This document shows positions 29,383 through 41,400 of a stretch of DNA of 64,000 nt, one piece after another. The notes beneath the pieces were generated by a model. It worked only from the letters and a program-made list of their open reading frames with translations. It was not told the origin of the DNA and made no database searches. This DNA comes from Candidatus Sulfomarinibacteraceae bacterium (lineage in GTDB: Bacteria > Acidobacteriota > Thermoanaerobaculia > Thermoanaerobaculales > Sulfomarinibacteraceae), in contig CAWCLO010000010.1 of the NCBI GenBank assembly GCA_963796455.1, positions 64,001-128,000 of the forward strand. Reading direction: 5' to 3'. The number at the start of each line of letters is the position of its first letter. Position 1 is the stretch's first letter. The position numbers were made by a program, and so were the translations under genes.

Positions 29383-32300
29383 ATGACTGACCGCCTCCCG
29401 CCGACCGTCACCGAAGCCGAGAGCGAGACCCTTGATATGCGCGGCGAACGGAAAACATTCCTGGCCGGGGAGATCGTCGGTGATCGATACCAGATCCTCG
29501 CTCTGCTGGGCCGTGGCGGCATGGGTGAGGTGTGGCAGGCCTTCGACCTCAAGCTCCGAGTCGATGTGGCCCTCAAGGCCCTGAGATCAGACATCTTCAA
29601 GAACGAGCGTAGGCGCGAGTCGCTCAGGCAGGAAGTTCGCTCGGCTCGAGATGTCGTCTCCCCCAATGTCTGCCGTCTCTACGATCTCCACGAAATGGAG
29701 GGCCTCGAGCTGGTGTCCATGGAGTTCGTGGACGGACAAACCCTTCTCGATGTGATGTGGGAACGGGCGCCATTGGATCTCCAGGAAGCCCAGGACATCG
29801 CCTCGCAATTCCTCGCGGGGCTTGAGGCCATTCACCATATCGGGCTCGTTCACAGAGACATCAAACCCGAAAACATCATGCTGACCCGGGCGGGTCGGGT
29901 GGTCGTCATGGACTTTGGCATCGCCCGAGAGGAGGCGGAAGGCTCGGGTACCGTCTCAGGAACTGCGGCTTACATGGCCCCAGAGCAAGCGGCCGGTCAG
30001 GCAGTCGACGCGCGCGCCGACATTTACTCAGCGGGCGTCGTGTTGGCCGAAATGGTCAACCCGGAGGGCCTCAAGAACCGCGAAAGCCGCGAGAGTGTCT
30101 GGGAGGCTGTCCGAGCCGAACCGGCCAAGATCCCTGATTCGCCCTGGGCCACCGTCATCACCAAGGCGGTGGCCAAGGACCGTGATCACCGATTCGACTC
30201 TGCTGCCGACCTGACTCGCGCCCTCGAAGACGTCACGCTCCGCGTCATCGGAGCCGACAACCTCCACCCCTACCCTGGCCTCGCCGCCTTCACCGAGGAC
30301 GACGCCGAGTACTTCTTCGGCCGCGAGGCTGAGGTGGAGCAGATGTGGCGCAAGCTCGAGGGGCCGCCGCGGATGCTCGGGCTCGTCGGGCCGTCCGGGG
30401 CAGGAAAGTCCTCGTTCATCGCGGCGGGCCTTGCCGCACATGCCCCAACCGCTTGGGAGATCATCCGATCAACTCCCGGAAACGCAGCGATTTCCTCGCT
30501 CGGCGCCGCGGTCGCCCGCGAGACGGCCGGCGACCCCAACGCGGTCGAACTCCTTCCCCGCTTCGGCAAGGCCGACGTGGCGGTCGATCTCATCTCTCGC
30601 TGGGCCGGGAGGAGCTCGCACTCGTTGTTGATCGTCGATCAGTTCGAGGAGCTGTTCACCCAGAACTCCGTGGATGAACAAATCCGTTTTACCGAAATGC
30701 TAAAGCGGTTCGTGCTCGAAGCCGACGTCCACGTGTTGCTGTCGATGCGAGACGATTTTGCAGTCTCCTGCAATAACCACGAGCCCCTTCGGCCAATCTT
30801 CCACGAACTGACCGTGCTCAACTCTCCGGCCGGGGCCAACCTACGTCGCGCATTGGTCAAACCCGCGCTGGCCTGCAGCTATCGCTTCGAGGACGACGAG
30901 TTGGTAGATGAAATGTTGATCGAGGTGGAGGGTGAACGTGGAGCGCTGCCGTTACTGGCCTTCGCCGCGGCACGGCTCTGGGATATGCGGGACCGAAAAA
31001 CCGGACTCCTCACCCGCCAGACCTACCAGGACATCGGTGGCGTCGGCGGCGCACTCGCACAACATGCCGAGGCAACAATCGATCGCATCGGCATCGAACG
31101 CATTCCGATCGTCCGCGAGCTCTTCCGTAACCTCGTCACCGCCGAGGGCACCCGTGCCCTCCGCGAGTGGGACGAGCTGTTGTCGGTGTTCGAAGAAGCT
31201 CAACGCGAGCCAGCTGCTGAAGTCTTGCGCAAGCTTGTCCAGGCTCGCCTTCTGACTTCGTACGAGGTTCGAGAAGACGAGCACGAACCGCGCCGTCGAG
31301 TCGAAATCATTCACGAATCGTTGCTCGCCACCTGGCCTCGCCTGGTCCGCTGGCAAACTCAGGACGCGGATAGCGTTCAACTGAGGGAACAACTCCGCCA
31401 AGCCGCCAAAACATGGAATGAGCAAGGTCGCAGCGACGATACTCTGTGGACCGGTTCGGCCTACCGGGAGTTCGAATCTTGGCGAGAACGATTCACGGGT
31501 GGTCTATCCAAAGCTGAGGAGGCATTTGCGGCAGCCATGAGAGCGCTGGCCGCGCGCCGACGGAACCGAAGACGATTTGCGGTCGCGACGATCATCGTCG
31601 TTCTGCTTGCAGTCCTGTCGGTGGTCGGTATCTCACGCCAGAAAGCGATTGCTGAAGCCCGCCGAGCCGAGGCATCGAAACTCGTGATGCTCGGAAATTC
31701 GGTGCTTGAGGAGGGCCGTACTCAGGCTCTCGCTTACTCGATTGCCGCCCTTGAACACAATGACTCGAAACCTGCGCGTCACCTGGCCACTAAATCCCTC
31801 TGGGCGGGACCACCCGCGACGTTCTTGCCATTTGAACAGGGGGCATGGTCCATCGATTTCGACACGAACGGGGACCGCATGGCCGTGGGGCATTCGACCG
31901 GGTTACTGAGAGTCTATCCCCGCGACGGGGGGCCGGTGATCACGCTCGATGACTTTGAAGGCCAACATGGTTTGCTGCTCCCAGGATTCTCTGCAGACGG
32001 ACAACTTTTTGTCAGCGGGGCCTCTCGGGCGAATGGCGAGATTCGCATTTGGAATACGGACAGCTGGAAGGTAAATAGGATTCTGCAAACTTCTGACCTC
32101 GTCGAGGTGGGCCAAAACGGATCCCTTGCAGCGTTTGGATTGTTTGAGCCCGGTGGCACCTCCCTGCTGTCCATTTCGGCCACGAGATGGACCGCAAACA
32201 CCACAATTCCAGAACGCAATTTTGTCGTGCACCGCTGGCCGCTCAAAGGTAGCGACCCGCAATGGATCGGTTCAGTCGACGTCACCGGGTCCTTGTTTGC

Positions 32301-33774
32301 CGCTACTCGCGGTCGAGATGCGTTTGTATCGGCGCACAGTGCGAATCTGTTCTTTCATCACGTTGGTCAAACCGGTCTCGGAACTCCAAGGCTGATCTTC
32401 AGTCATCCGGACTCCCTCGATATGGTCCGAAGGCCTGGATTCGATCCGTCGGGTGAACGGTTTGCATTGTGTGATCGTGAGGGCCGGCTGTTTGTTTGGG
32501 ATATTGGGGAAACCAACCGCCCTCGCGTTTTTCACGCACCCAGGGGTGATCCCATGAAAACCTCGTTCAGCCCCGATGGCTCGCGGCTCGCGGTCGCCAT
32601 CGATCCGGTTGGTGGGGCGCTCTGGGATCTCGCAGGCCCGGCTGGCGCCCTACCTCTGACCTTCGACGGGCATGCCAGGTATGGGTTGGAATTCTCACCC
32701 GACGGCCAGTGGCTCATGACCGCCATGGGCCCTCGTTGGCAATTGGCAATGTGGCCGGTGACAAACCAGTACTGGAGAATCCTCGACGGGCACGAGGGCG
32801 CAATCTCCGCCATCGAATTTTCGAATGATGGTTCGGTCCTCTATTCCCAGGGGGCTTCAGATGGGAAGGTGCTAGCGTGGCCCCTTTCAGGAATGGATTT
32901 GGAATCTCCCGAGGTCGTGTATCAGGCTGGGCCACATTTCGGAACCGGCCTTGCCATCGATCCCAAGGGGCGTTTCATAATCGTATCGACCGACGAGGTC
33001 GTGCTCAAGGTGTCTCTGGAAGGCGGATCGATCACAGAATACGACGCCGCGTGGAAGACCGCGCTCGACAACACTGGCAGGTATATTGCTGCCCAACTCA
33101 AGGTCTCGCCGACAATCGTCGTAACCGACTTAGAGTCTGAAGAACGATGGGAACTCTCAGGCCCGGGAGAGGGCCACGCTTCAGAACCATACTTTGATCA
33201 GGAGGGAAGGCTCTTGATAACCAGGGGCGGAGTTCTGAGCCGGTGGAATCCGATCGACGAAAGCACAGAGGTTCTCTTGGAGGACGTGCCATGGGGATTC
33301 CCATATCCGGACGGCCGAATAGTAATCCCCGGTGAAGGAAAACGGTGGCTGATTGATTTGGAAACGGGAAAACGGACGGAGTTTCCTCTCAAAGGTACGG
33401 CGGGTGCCTGGAACGTGAACCCCTCGGGGTCCATCGTCGCCAGGGGCGGCAGAGACGGAACGGTATCGGTTTGGTCTTTTGACGATCAAATTCTGCACGT
33501 GCTTCTTGGCCACAACGGCCCTGTCCGCGAACCGCGAATCTCTCCCGATGGGAAATGGATCGCGACTCACGGCGCCGACCACACAATCCGCCTCTGGCCG
33601 ATGCCCGATCTTTCAAATCGGCCGTTTCATGATCTCCCGATTGACGACCTCCTCTCCAGACTGAAGGCACTGACAAATCTCCGCGCCGTGCCAGACGACG
33701 AAGCTGATTTCGGATACACCATCAGTGCCGACTTCGGCACATATAGCGGCTGGGCGGAGGTACCTGAGTGGTAG
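29383..33774 (+). CDS. Ser/Thr kinase - nSTAND1-type NTPase - TM - WD40 beta-propeller protein, paralog 1
   Basis: Kinase motifs GRGGMGEV, VALK, HRDIKPEN, DFG, APE. NTPase motifs PYPGLAAF..FFGRE, GPSGAGKSS, IVDQFEELFT, GALPLL. Hydrophobic helix after an Arg run, then WD40-like repeats. Confidence 0.9.
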   Translation: MTDRLPPTVTEAESETLDMRGERKTFLAGEIVGDRYQILALLGRGGMGEVWQAFDLKLRVDVALKALRSDIFKNERRRESLRQEVRSARDVVSPNVCRLYDLHEMEGLELVSMEFVDGQTLLDVMWERAPLDLQEAQDIASQFLAGLEAIHHIGLVHRDIKPENIMLTRAGRVVVMDFGIAREEAEGSGTVSGTAAYMAPEQAAGQAVDARADIYSAGVVLAEMVNPEGLKNRESRESVWEAVRAEPAKIPDSPWATVITKAVAKDRDHRFDSAADLTRALEDVTLRVIGADNLHPYPGLAAFTEDDAEYFFGREAEVEQMWRKLEGPPRMLGLVGPSGAGKSSFIAAGLAAHAPTAWEIIRSTPGNAAISSLGAAVARETAGDPNAVELLPRFGKADVAVDLISRWAGRSSHSLLIVDQFEELFTQNSVDEQIRFTEMLKRFVLEADVHVLLSMRDDFAVSCNNHEPLRPIFHELTVLNSPAGANLRRALVKPALACSYRFEDDELVDEMLIEVEGERGALPLLAFAAARLWDMRDRKTGLLTRQTYQDIGGVGGALAQHAEATIDRIGIERIPIVRELFRNLVTAEGTRALREWDELLSVFEEAQREPAAEVLRKLVQARLLTSYEVREDEHEPRRRVEIIHESLLATWPRLVRWQTQDADSVQLREQLRQAAKTWNEQGRSDDTLWTGSAYREFESWRERFTGGLSKAEEAFAAAMRALAARRRNRRRFAVATIIVVLLAVLSVVGISRQKAIAEARRAEASKLVMLGNSVLEEGRTQALAYSIAALEHNDSKPARHLATKSLWAGPPATFLPFEQGAWSIDFDTNGDRMAVGHSTGLLRVYPRDGGPVITLDDFEGQHGLLLPGFSADGQLFVSGASRANGEIRIWNTDSWKVNRILQTSDLVEVGQNGSLAAFGLFEPGGTSLLSISATRWTANTTIPERNFVVHRWPLKGSDPQWIGSVDVTGSLFAATRGRDAFVSAHSANLFFHHVGQTGLGTPRLIFSHPDSLDMVRRPGFDPSGERFALCDREGRLFVWDIGETNRPRVFHAPRGDPMKTSFSPDGSRLAVAIDPVGGALWDLAGPAGALPLTFDGHARYGLEFSPDGQWLMTAMGPRWQLAMWPVTNQYWRILDGHEGAISAIEFSNDGSVLYSQGASDGKVLAWPLSGMDLESPEVVYQAGPHFGTGLAIDPKGRFIIVSTDEVVLKVSLEGGSITEYDAAWKTALDNTGRYIAAQLKVSPTIVVTDLESEERWELSGPGEGHASEPYFDQEGRLLITRGGVLSRWNPIDESTEVLLEDVPWGFPYPDGRIVIPGEGKRWLIDLETGKRTEFPLKGTAGAWNVNPSGSIVARGGRDGTVSVWSFDDQILHVLLGHNGPVREPRISPDGKWIATHGADHTIRLWPMPDLSNRPFHDLPIDDLLSRLKALTNLRAVPDDEADFGYTISADFGTYSGWAEVPEW

Positions 33775-36700
33775 ATCGCACTCATCTTCCGACCACCCTC
33801 ACCGAGGCGGAGAGCGAGACCCTCGATCTCCACGACCAGTGGCGGACCTTCACCGCAGGGGAGATTGTCGGTGAGCGATACCAGATTCTCGCTCTACTCG
33901 GTCGTGGTGGCATGGGTGAGGTTTGGCATGCCTTCGATTTGAAGCTGCGGGTCGATGTGGCGCTGAAGGCTCTTCGCTCAGACATCTTCAAAACCGAGCG
34001 TCGACGCGAATCGCTTCGTCAGGAAGTTCGGGCTGCTCGCGAAGTCGTCTCGCCAAATGTATGTCGCGTGTTTGACCTCCACGAGATGGAAGGCCTCGAG
34101 CTGGTCTCCATGGAGTTCGTCGACGGCCAGACCCTGCTTGATGCGATGCGGGACGGAGCGCCATTCGATCTCCAGGAAGCCCAGGACATCGCATCCCAGT
34201 TCCTCGCCGGGCTCGATGCGATTCACCAGATCGGCCTCGTCCACCGCGACATCAAGCCTGAGAACATCATGCTCACCCGCTCAGGGCGGGTGGTGGTCAT
34301 GGACTTCGGCATCGCCAGAGAAGAGGCCGAGGGCTCAGGAACCGTCTCGGGCACCGCCGCCTACATGGCCCCCGAGCAGGCAGCCGGCCAGGCTGTGGAC
34401 GCCCGCGCGGACATCTATTCGGCCGGCGTAGTCCTCGCCGAAGTCGTGAATCCAGACGGCCTCAAGAACCGGGAGAGCCGAGAGAGCGTCTGGGAGGCCG
34501 TCCGGGCCGAACCAGCAAGGATTCCGGACACGCCGTGGTCCGCAGTCATTACTAAAGCCGTGGCAACGGACCGCGACCATCGATTCGACTCGGCGGCCGA
34601 TCTCACCCGCGCCCTCGAGGAGGTCACCCTCCGCGTCGCCGGCGCCGACAACCTCCACCCCTACCCTGGCCTCGCCGCCTTCACCGAGGACGACGCCGAG
34701 TACTTCTTCGGTCGCGAGGCCGAGGTCGAACAGATGTGGCGAAAGCTCGAGGGACCGGCACGCATGCTCGGAATCATGGGGCCCTCGGGGGCCGGGAAAT
34801 CCTCGTTCATCGCGGCGGGACTCATCTCACATGCGCCAAACACATGGGAGATTCTTCCAGCAACTCCCGGAAACGCAGTTCTTGCCTCGTTCGCCTCGGT
34901 GGTCGCACGCGAAATGGCTGGAGACCCTGACGCCGTCGAGCTTCTCCTTCGCATCGACGAGCCCGATGTGGCGGTCGAGCTCATCTCCCGGTGGGCGGGA
35001 AGGAGCCCTCGCTCGCTGATCGTGGTCGACCAATTCGAGGAGCTCTTCACTCAGAACTCGAGTGAAGATCAACGGCGGTTTGCGGACCTGCTTCGCCGGT
35101 TTGTCATCGAAGCCGATGTCCACGTTCTGCTGTCGATGCGCGACGATTTCGCCGCGGCCTGCAACATTCACGAATCGCTGCGTCCAATCTTCCAGGACCT
35201 CACTGTCCTCGACCCACCAACCGGGCCGAATCTTCGCCGCGCAATCGTCTGGCCGGCGCAGAAGTGCGGCTACCGCTTTGAAGACGACGCATTGGTGGAG
35301 GAGGTTCTGGCCGAGGTGGAGGAAGAGCGGGGGGCCCTGCCATTGATGGCATTCGCCGCGGCCCGTGCCTGGGAGAAACGGGATCGAGAAACGGGCCTGC
35401 TGACTCGCGAGGCTTACCAAGCCATCGGTGGCGTCGGCGGCGCATTGGCCCAACATGCCGAGGCGACTGTGGACCGCATCGGCACCCAACACATCGCCGT
35501 CGTCCGCGAACTCTTCCGAAACCTCGTCACCGCCGAGGGCACCCGCGCCGTTCGCGAGTGGAACGAGTTGTTGTCGGTGTTCGTCGATTCGCAAGACGAA
35601 TCGCCCGAGGAGGTCCTTCGCGCGCTCATCGACGCTCGCCTTCTGACCTCATACGAAGTGCGCGAGGACGAGCACGAACCCACTCGCCGCGTGGAGATCA
35701 TACACGAGAGCCTGCTTGCCAACTGGCCGCGCCTCGTTCGGTGGCAAACCCAGGATCAGGAAGGCGCACAAATCCGCGACGAACTCCGGCAAAGCGCACG
35801 GTCGTGGGACGAGCACGGTCGCCACGACGACCGTCTCTGGACCGGCACCGCCTTCCGGGAGTTCGAGCTTTGGAGGGAGCGATATCCAGGAGGGTTGACC
35901 GAAACTGAAGAATCCTTCGCGAGGGCCACCACCTCCTTCTCGGCCCGCCGTCGTCGGCGCCGCCGAATTCTCGGCGCGGCGGGGGTCGCGATTTTGCTTG
36001 CGGTGCTCGCGATCGTCACTGGTTTTTGGCGGAAAAGCGAAAGACAAACACGAATTGCTGAAGCCCAGAGGCTGCTCGCCCTCGGCCAACTCGAAATGGA
36101 GAGATTCCCCACAGCGGCCCTGGCCTGGGCCAAGGCGAGCCTCAATATCGCCGACACGAAGGAGGGTCGGCTCTTCGCGCTCGAAGCGATCTCAAGGGGT
36201 CCACTGGCGAGAATCAGACAGTTCGATGTGAACAACGAGGGGGTGGCCCACCACGGGGTTTTCAGCCCGAATGGCGAGTGGATTGCGTATATGGGGTACG
36301 ACCTCCTCAAGGTGGATCATCGGTCAGGGGGCGCGATACGAGTCATCGATTCGTTCCCGAACGATCCGAACGCAGCTTTCAGGGATTTCTATCCGGTGTT
36401 TGATCGGGAGTCGTTACGGCTCTCCGTCTGGCGGTACCAATCCGAAAGCCGGTCCGCGGTCGTTCGCACCTTTGGGGTTCCTGACTTTGAGAAGGTCGTT
36501 CAGATCGAGAGACCGCTGGGCAAGGGCTTCTTCGAATACTGGCCGACATCCGCCGGTGTCTATCACCTGAATCGAAATCAAGGTGGGGTCGAAGTCTGGC
36601 ACCTCCCCCACGGTGGCGAATGGCGGCTATTCGACACGGTCGACGGTTTTGACCGCTGGTTTTTTGATCACCTCGGGGAGTGGGCGGTCTTCCGGCGAGG

Positions 36701-38213
36701 TCAAGAATTCTTTCTCCAATCTTTGGTCAGCTCTGGCGTTGAGCCACGTGTCATCGCCCGATTTGCCACCGAGGACTGGCGTATCAGGGTGGATCCCAAT
36801 TGCAAATGGATTGCCACCGCTCAACCCCAACAGGAACAGGTGTCGGTTTGGCCTGCTGGGTTGGATGTTTCCGAACCAGTCCGTCGTATCGACACAGATG
36901 GCCTGCCCATTTCATCCGCCCTCAATTTCCAGATCGATCAGCAGGGACGGCGCATTGCGGTTGCAGGAAACGTTGAAGGCGTCCGGATGGCAAAGATATG
37001 GGACTTATCGCAACCGGACGGGGCCGAACCTCTGGTTCTCCGCAATCCCGATGCCGAGTACATGAATGGGGTGAGCTTCGAACCGTCGGGTCGGTGGGCG
37101 GTAACAGGCAATACAGTCTGGGCTTCATTCTGGCCGATACCGGAGAATCCCCCGTTGGTCTTCTCGGGTGCCAGTTCCCGACTTCTGAACCTGGCTTTCA
37201 CGGTCGACGGCGCTTCGGTGTTCGTGCCTCTTTTTGATGGCGGTCCGCACTTGTTACACCTGACCCGTGGTAGCGACAATATTGAGCGCCTTGACCTGCC
37301 TGTTGTTTCCCTTGGAGGCATCGCCATGGATCCCGCGGGTCAATTCGTTCTCGCTGCCAAGAACCCCACCGGCGTACTTCTGCTCCCGTTCGATGGATCC
37401 GAGCACCGGGTCCTCGAAGGATTCGATGATGTGTGGGCAACGGCTCTCGCGTATGACGCCGACAGAGCCCTGGTTGCTGCTGCACCCTACCGTGGATCGA
37501 AGGACCAGAAGATCATTCGGGTAGTCAACCTCGATGGCGGGTCTTTAACAACTCTGGGACCGGCCGAAGATGCAGGGGATGGGTTCATTGGTGGCTTCAG
37601 CGAGCTCGAGTTTCTTCCGGACGGCAGGCTGCTTTCGGGCGGGAAGGGAGGAATCCGCCGTTGGAACCTGGAGAACGGCGAATGCGAGCTCTTGTACCCC
37701 GGCATGATCTTCCGGATGGACGTGAGTCCTGATGGGAGATTCGCCGTCGCCGCGCTGTTTGAGGATATGGGCGGGTTCGGGCCGGCCTTGCGGGTTGACC
37801 TGGCGACCGGCCAAACCCGAATCATGCCCGAATACGGGCACCAGAACAGATCCTGCGCAATCGGCCCGGACTCCGACGTGGTTGCCATGTCCGACAATGA
37901 CGGGAGGATTCGGATCGGGAGGTTGTCCGGCGGCGAGCCCCACACGCTTTTTGGTCACTCGAATAGCCCCGAAGGACTGTCGTTCTCGCCTGATGGTCGT
38001 TTATTGGCTTCCGGTGATGTGGGCGGCGCCGTGCGCATCTGGTCGGTGCCCGATGTTACAGGTCCGCCCCCGCAAGAGATGTCCCTGGGAGAGTTCCGAG
38101 CCAAGCTCGAATCATTCACCAATCTGCGGGTCGTGCCCAATGAAACTTCATCGACCGGCTGGCTGTTGGAGGTCGGCCCCTTCCAGGGTTGGGCGAATGT
38201 ACCGGAGTGGTGA
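33768..38213 (+). CDS. Ser/Thr kinase - nSTAND1-type NTPase - TM - WD40 protein, paralog 2
   Basis: Same motifs as paralog 1. Start overlaps the paralog 1 stop. Confidence 0.9.
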   Translation: MVDRTHLPTTLTEAESETLDLHDQWRTFTAGEIVGERYQILALLGRGGMGEVWHAFDLKLRVDVALKALRSDIFKTERRRESLRQEVRAAREVVSPNVCRVFDLHEMEGLELVSMEFVDGQTLLDAMRDGAPFDLQEAQDIASQFLAGLDAIHQIGLVHRDIKPENIMLTRSGRVVVMDFGIAREEAEGSGTVSGTAAYMAPEQAAGQAVDARADIYSAGVVLAEVVNPDGLKNRESRESVWEAVRAEPARIPDTPWSAVITKAVATDRDHRFDSAADLTRALEEVTLRVAGADNLHPYPGLAAFTEDDAEYFFGREAEVEQMWRKLEGPARMLGIMGPSGAGKSSFIAAGLISHAPNTWEILPATPGNAVLASFASVVAREMAGDPDAVELLLRIDEPDVAVELISRWAGRSPRSLIVVDQFEELFTQNSSEDQRRFADLLRRFVIEADVHVLLSMRDDFAAACNIHESLRPIFQDLTVLDPPTGPNLRRAIVWPAQKCGYRFEDDALVEEVLAEVEEERGALPLMAFAAARAWEKRDRETGLLTREAYQAIGGVGGALAQHAEATVDRIGTQHIAVVRELFRNLVTAEGTRAVREWNELLSVFVDSQDESPEEVLRALIDARLLTSYEVREDEHEPTRRVEIIHESLLANWPRLVRWQTQDQEGAQIRDELRQSARSWDEHGRHDDRLWTGTAFREFELWRERYPGGLTETEESFARATTSFSARRRRRRRILGAAGVAILLAVLAIVTGFWRKSERQTRIAEAQRLLALGQLEMERFPTAALAWAKASLNIADTKEGRLFALEAISRGPLARIRQFDVNNEGVAHHGVFSPNGEWIAYMGYDLLKVDHRSGGAIRVIDSFPNDPNAAFRDFYPVFDRESLRLSVWRYQSESRSAVVRTFGVPDFEKVVQIERPLGKGFFEYWPTSAGVYHLNRNQGGVEVWHLPHGGEWRLFDTVDGFDRWFFDHLGEWAVFRRGQEFFLQSLVSSGVEPRVIARFATEDWRIRVDPNCKWIATAQPQQEQVSVWPAGLDVSEPVRRIDTDGLPISSALNFQIDQQGRRIAVAGNVEGVRMAKIWDLSQPDGAEPLVLRNPDAEYMNGVSFEPSGRWAVTGNTVWASFWPIPENPPLVFSGASSRLLNLAFTVDGASVFVPLFDGGPHLLHLTRGSDNIERLDLPVVSLGGIAMDPAGQFVLAAKNPTGVLLLPFDGSEHRVLEGFDDVWATALAYDADRALVAAAPYRGSKDQKIIRVVNLDGGSLTTLGPAEDAGDGFIGGFSELEFLPDGRLLSGGKGGIRRWNLENGECELLYPGMIFRMDVSPDGRFAVAALFEDMGGFGPALRVDLATGQTRIMPEYGHQNRSCAIGPDSDVVAMSDNDGRIRIGRLSGGEPHTLFGHSNSPEGLSFSPDGRLLASGDVGGAVRIWSVPDVTGPPPQEMSLGEFRAKLESFTNLRVVPNETSSTGWLLEVGPFQGWANVPEW

Positions 38214-38462
38214 AGGCTGGTCGCACTGGTCTTCTTCAGGAGTTCACAAAACCCGTCCATAAGAGTATCGAACATATCCCTGACCGTTCCCAGATGACTT
38301 CGGTCACAACCGCATCGATCTTGTTGAATAGATCTTTCACTTCGTGTGGGTGATAAGGAAACGGAGTCGCAATATTTGTTGCTTATTTGCCTTTCAGGTC
38401 TCATATTGAGAAACAAGAAAACCTAGCAAAACGAATCGGCGCGCTCTTCTATCGGGGGGGTC

Positions 38463-41400
38463 ATGAGATATGCGGTCGTGCTGTTGGTCGTGTCGCTGGT
38501 GATAGTGTCTTCTCTTGCCGCCCAGGAAACAACCGGTGGCTTGCAGGGGGCGGTCGCAGACAAAGTCGGAAACCCGATCACGGGGGCGGTTGTCGAGGCA
38601 AAAGGGCCTTTCGGCACGGTCTCGACGAAATCGAACACCGAAGGCGAATATCGATTTCCCAGGTTGGCGCCGGGCAACTATTTGGTTTCAGCATCCTTCG
38701 AGGGCTATCCGACGGTGGAATCCGATCCAACCCGGATTGTTCTCGGTGAATCGGCGACCGTCGACTTCACACTCCGGCGAGAGTCCTTTTCAGAAGAGAT
38801 TTTCGTCTACTCCGACACGGTGACCATCGACTTCACCGAAAACCAGACGGCCACGAACATTCACCAGTATGAGATCGACTACCTGCCTCGGGGCCGCGAC
38901 TATACCGACGTGGTCACCTTTGCCCCCGGCACGGTCCTCAATCACCAGGGCGGCGGAATAATGATCGACGGGGCCTCGGGCCTCGAAAACCGCTACATCA
39001 TCGACGGCCTCGACACGACTGACCCCGTACAGGGTGACCCGGGCGTTCCCTTGCGTGCCGAATTCATAGAGGAGGTGCAGGTCAAATCGGCGGGCTACAT
39101 GGCCGAGTTTGGGGGTTCCACCGGAGGGGTGATTAATGTGGTCTCGCGCACAGGGAGCAATGAGTTTCACGGCTCGCTCTTTGTGGACATCGAGGAAAAC
39201 TCATGGAACGGTGCAGCGCGACAGGAGATCGAGTTCCATCTCAACGATCCCGGTGCCAGCCTGGTGACCTACGACAAGGATGACGAGGTTCGCTACGATC
39301 CCGGGTTTTCGCTGGGCGGCCCGATTCTACGCGGCCGGTTTTGGTTCTTCGCATCGTATCTGCCCGGTCTTCGGACCACAAAAAGGACGATTAACTGGGT
39401 AGACCATCCCCCCGATGTCTATCGCCAAAACTATCGTTTCGATTATGGCAGTTTCAATCTCACGGCCAACGTATCGAGTGCTCTGCTGATCAAGGCCGGG
39501 CTCAACGTATCACCGAATACCCGCGAGGGATCGCTGCCCAATCGAGACGGTCGTTCCGGTCTCCCGGGCCAGGAAAACTGGGCGCCGATTGGATCGAAAT
39601 ACGATCGAGAGACCTACCATCTCTCGGCCGACTGGGTCGTGAATAACGACCTCGTTCTGAGCGGTCGAGGGGGTCTTTACCACACCAACTACGAAACCAC
39701 CGGCATCGAGTCCTACGATGTCATCCATCAGTACTCTATCTACAGCGTCGCGGGTTTTTGTGATCGCCACCCTGTGGTGCCCTCCGGAGCCTGCAACAAC
39801 CCGGGCTGGTACAGCGACCCACTGCGCACGAAATGGTACCGCGACATCTACGAGCGGAAAGGTGCGGCGCTGGATGGCACCTGGTTCTTCCGTGGCGGCG
39901 GCCAGCACTCGCTCAAGGCCGGATATCAGACAGAGGAGATCTCCAACGACAAAAGGGCCGCGTGGAACGCCGAACGCGTCCTGTATTACTGGGACCGCGC
40001 CTATACAACCACGACCGGTGACAGCGTCCGCGGAGAGTTCGGTGTTTTTCTCCTCAACAATCCGTCGACCCTGGGAGACGTGGCCAGCCGGAATCAGGCG
40101 GCTTTCGTCCAGGATGCCTGGCAGGTGCGATCGAATGTCACACTCAACATCGGGGTTCGAATCGAAAAGGAGGAAATCCCAAACTACGGCGCCACCGGAC
40201 CCGACCCTGCGATCAGCTTCAATTGGGGGGACAAGGTAGCACCGCGTCTGGGATTAGCCTGGGACATCAGAAACGACGCGAAATGGAAGCTCTACGGCAG
40301 TTGGGGCAAGTATTACGATGTGACGAAGTACGCGGTCTCAGGTCTGCTCGGATCCGGGAGGAATGTCGGGTATTACTACACCTTTGATCATCCTGAAATC
40401 TTTCTCAACGAGACTCCGAGCTGCCGGACCGGCAACAACACGATTTTCGAGCGGCCCGACTGCCCCGCGGGCACCTTTATCGAAGCGATTAACTGGTTGC
40501 CAAACTCCGCGGATCCGGAGGTGTGGGAGGAACTCGGATTTCCCCTCATCGAACCCAATCTCAAACCGATGGAGACCTGGGAAGCTCAAATCGGGGTCGA
40601 CCACCAACTGACGATGAACATCCAGATCGGGGCCCGCTTCGTACACAAAGAGATCGTGCGGACGATCGAGGACGTCGGGATTCTCCTGCCCGGTATCGGC
40701 GAGATCTATGTCATCGGAAACCCCGGCGAAGGAATCACGATCGACGTCAGCGACCTGCCCTATGCCAAACCCGTGCGGGAATATGACGCCCTCGAACTCG
40801 TTCTGGACAAGCGTTTTTCCGACAATTGGTCTTTGCGCGCTTATTTCACTTTGAGCCGGTTGTGGGGCAACTACTCGGGCCTCGCCAACTCGGACGAGGT
40901 CAACGTTGTCGGAAACCCTTTGAACCCCATCGGTTCAGGAGGAAGAAGATCACCCAACGTCAGTCGTCTTTATGATCTTCCCGGTTCAATGTACGACCAA
41001 AACGGTGATTTCGTCTACGGACGTTTGGCGACCGACCGCACCCACCAATTAGGGGCCCAGTTCCTCTACAGCATCCCTTTCGGGCTCAACGTCGGCGTCA
41101 ACCAGTACATCGGCAGCGGCACCCTCATTTCCACCAAAGGATCCATCCTCGGCGGCGATTTCTACCCCTACGGTCGCGGGGACCTGGGTGAAACGCCGTG
41201 GATAACTCAGACCGATCTCTCGCTCTTCTACACCCTGACTCTTGGACGGGGGCTGAACTTCACCGTCGGACTGACGGTTCTGAATCTGTTCGATGAGGAC
41301 ACGCCAACAAGGAAGTGGCCGCACGTGCAAACACAAAATCTTGGAGTCACGAACGAAGACTTTCTCACCGGGTTCAATTACGCCGAGGAGTTGGCGGCGC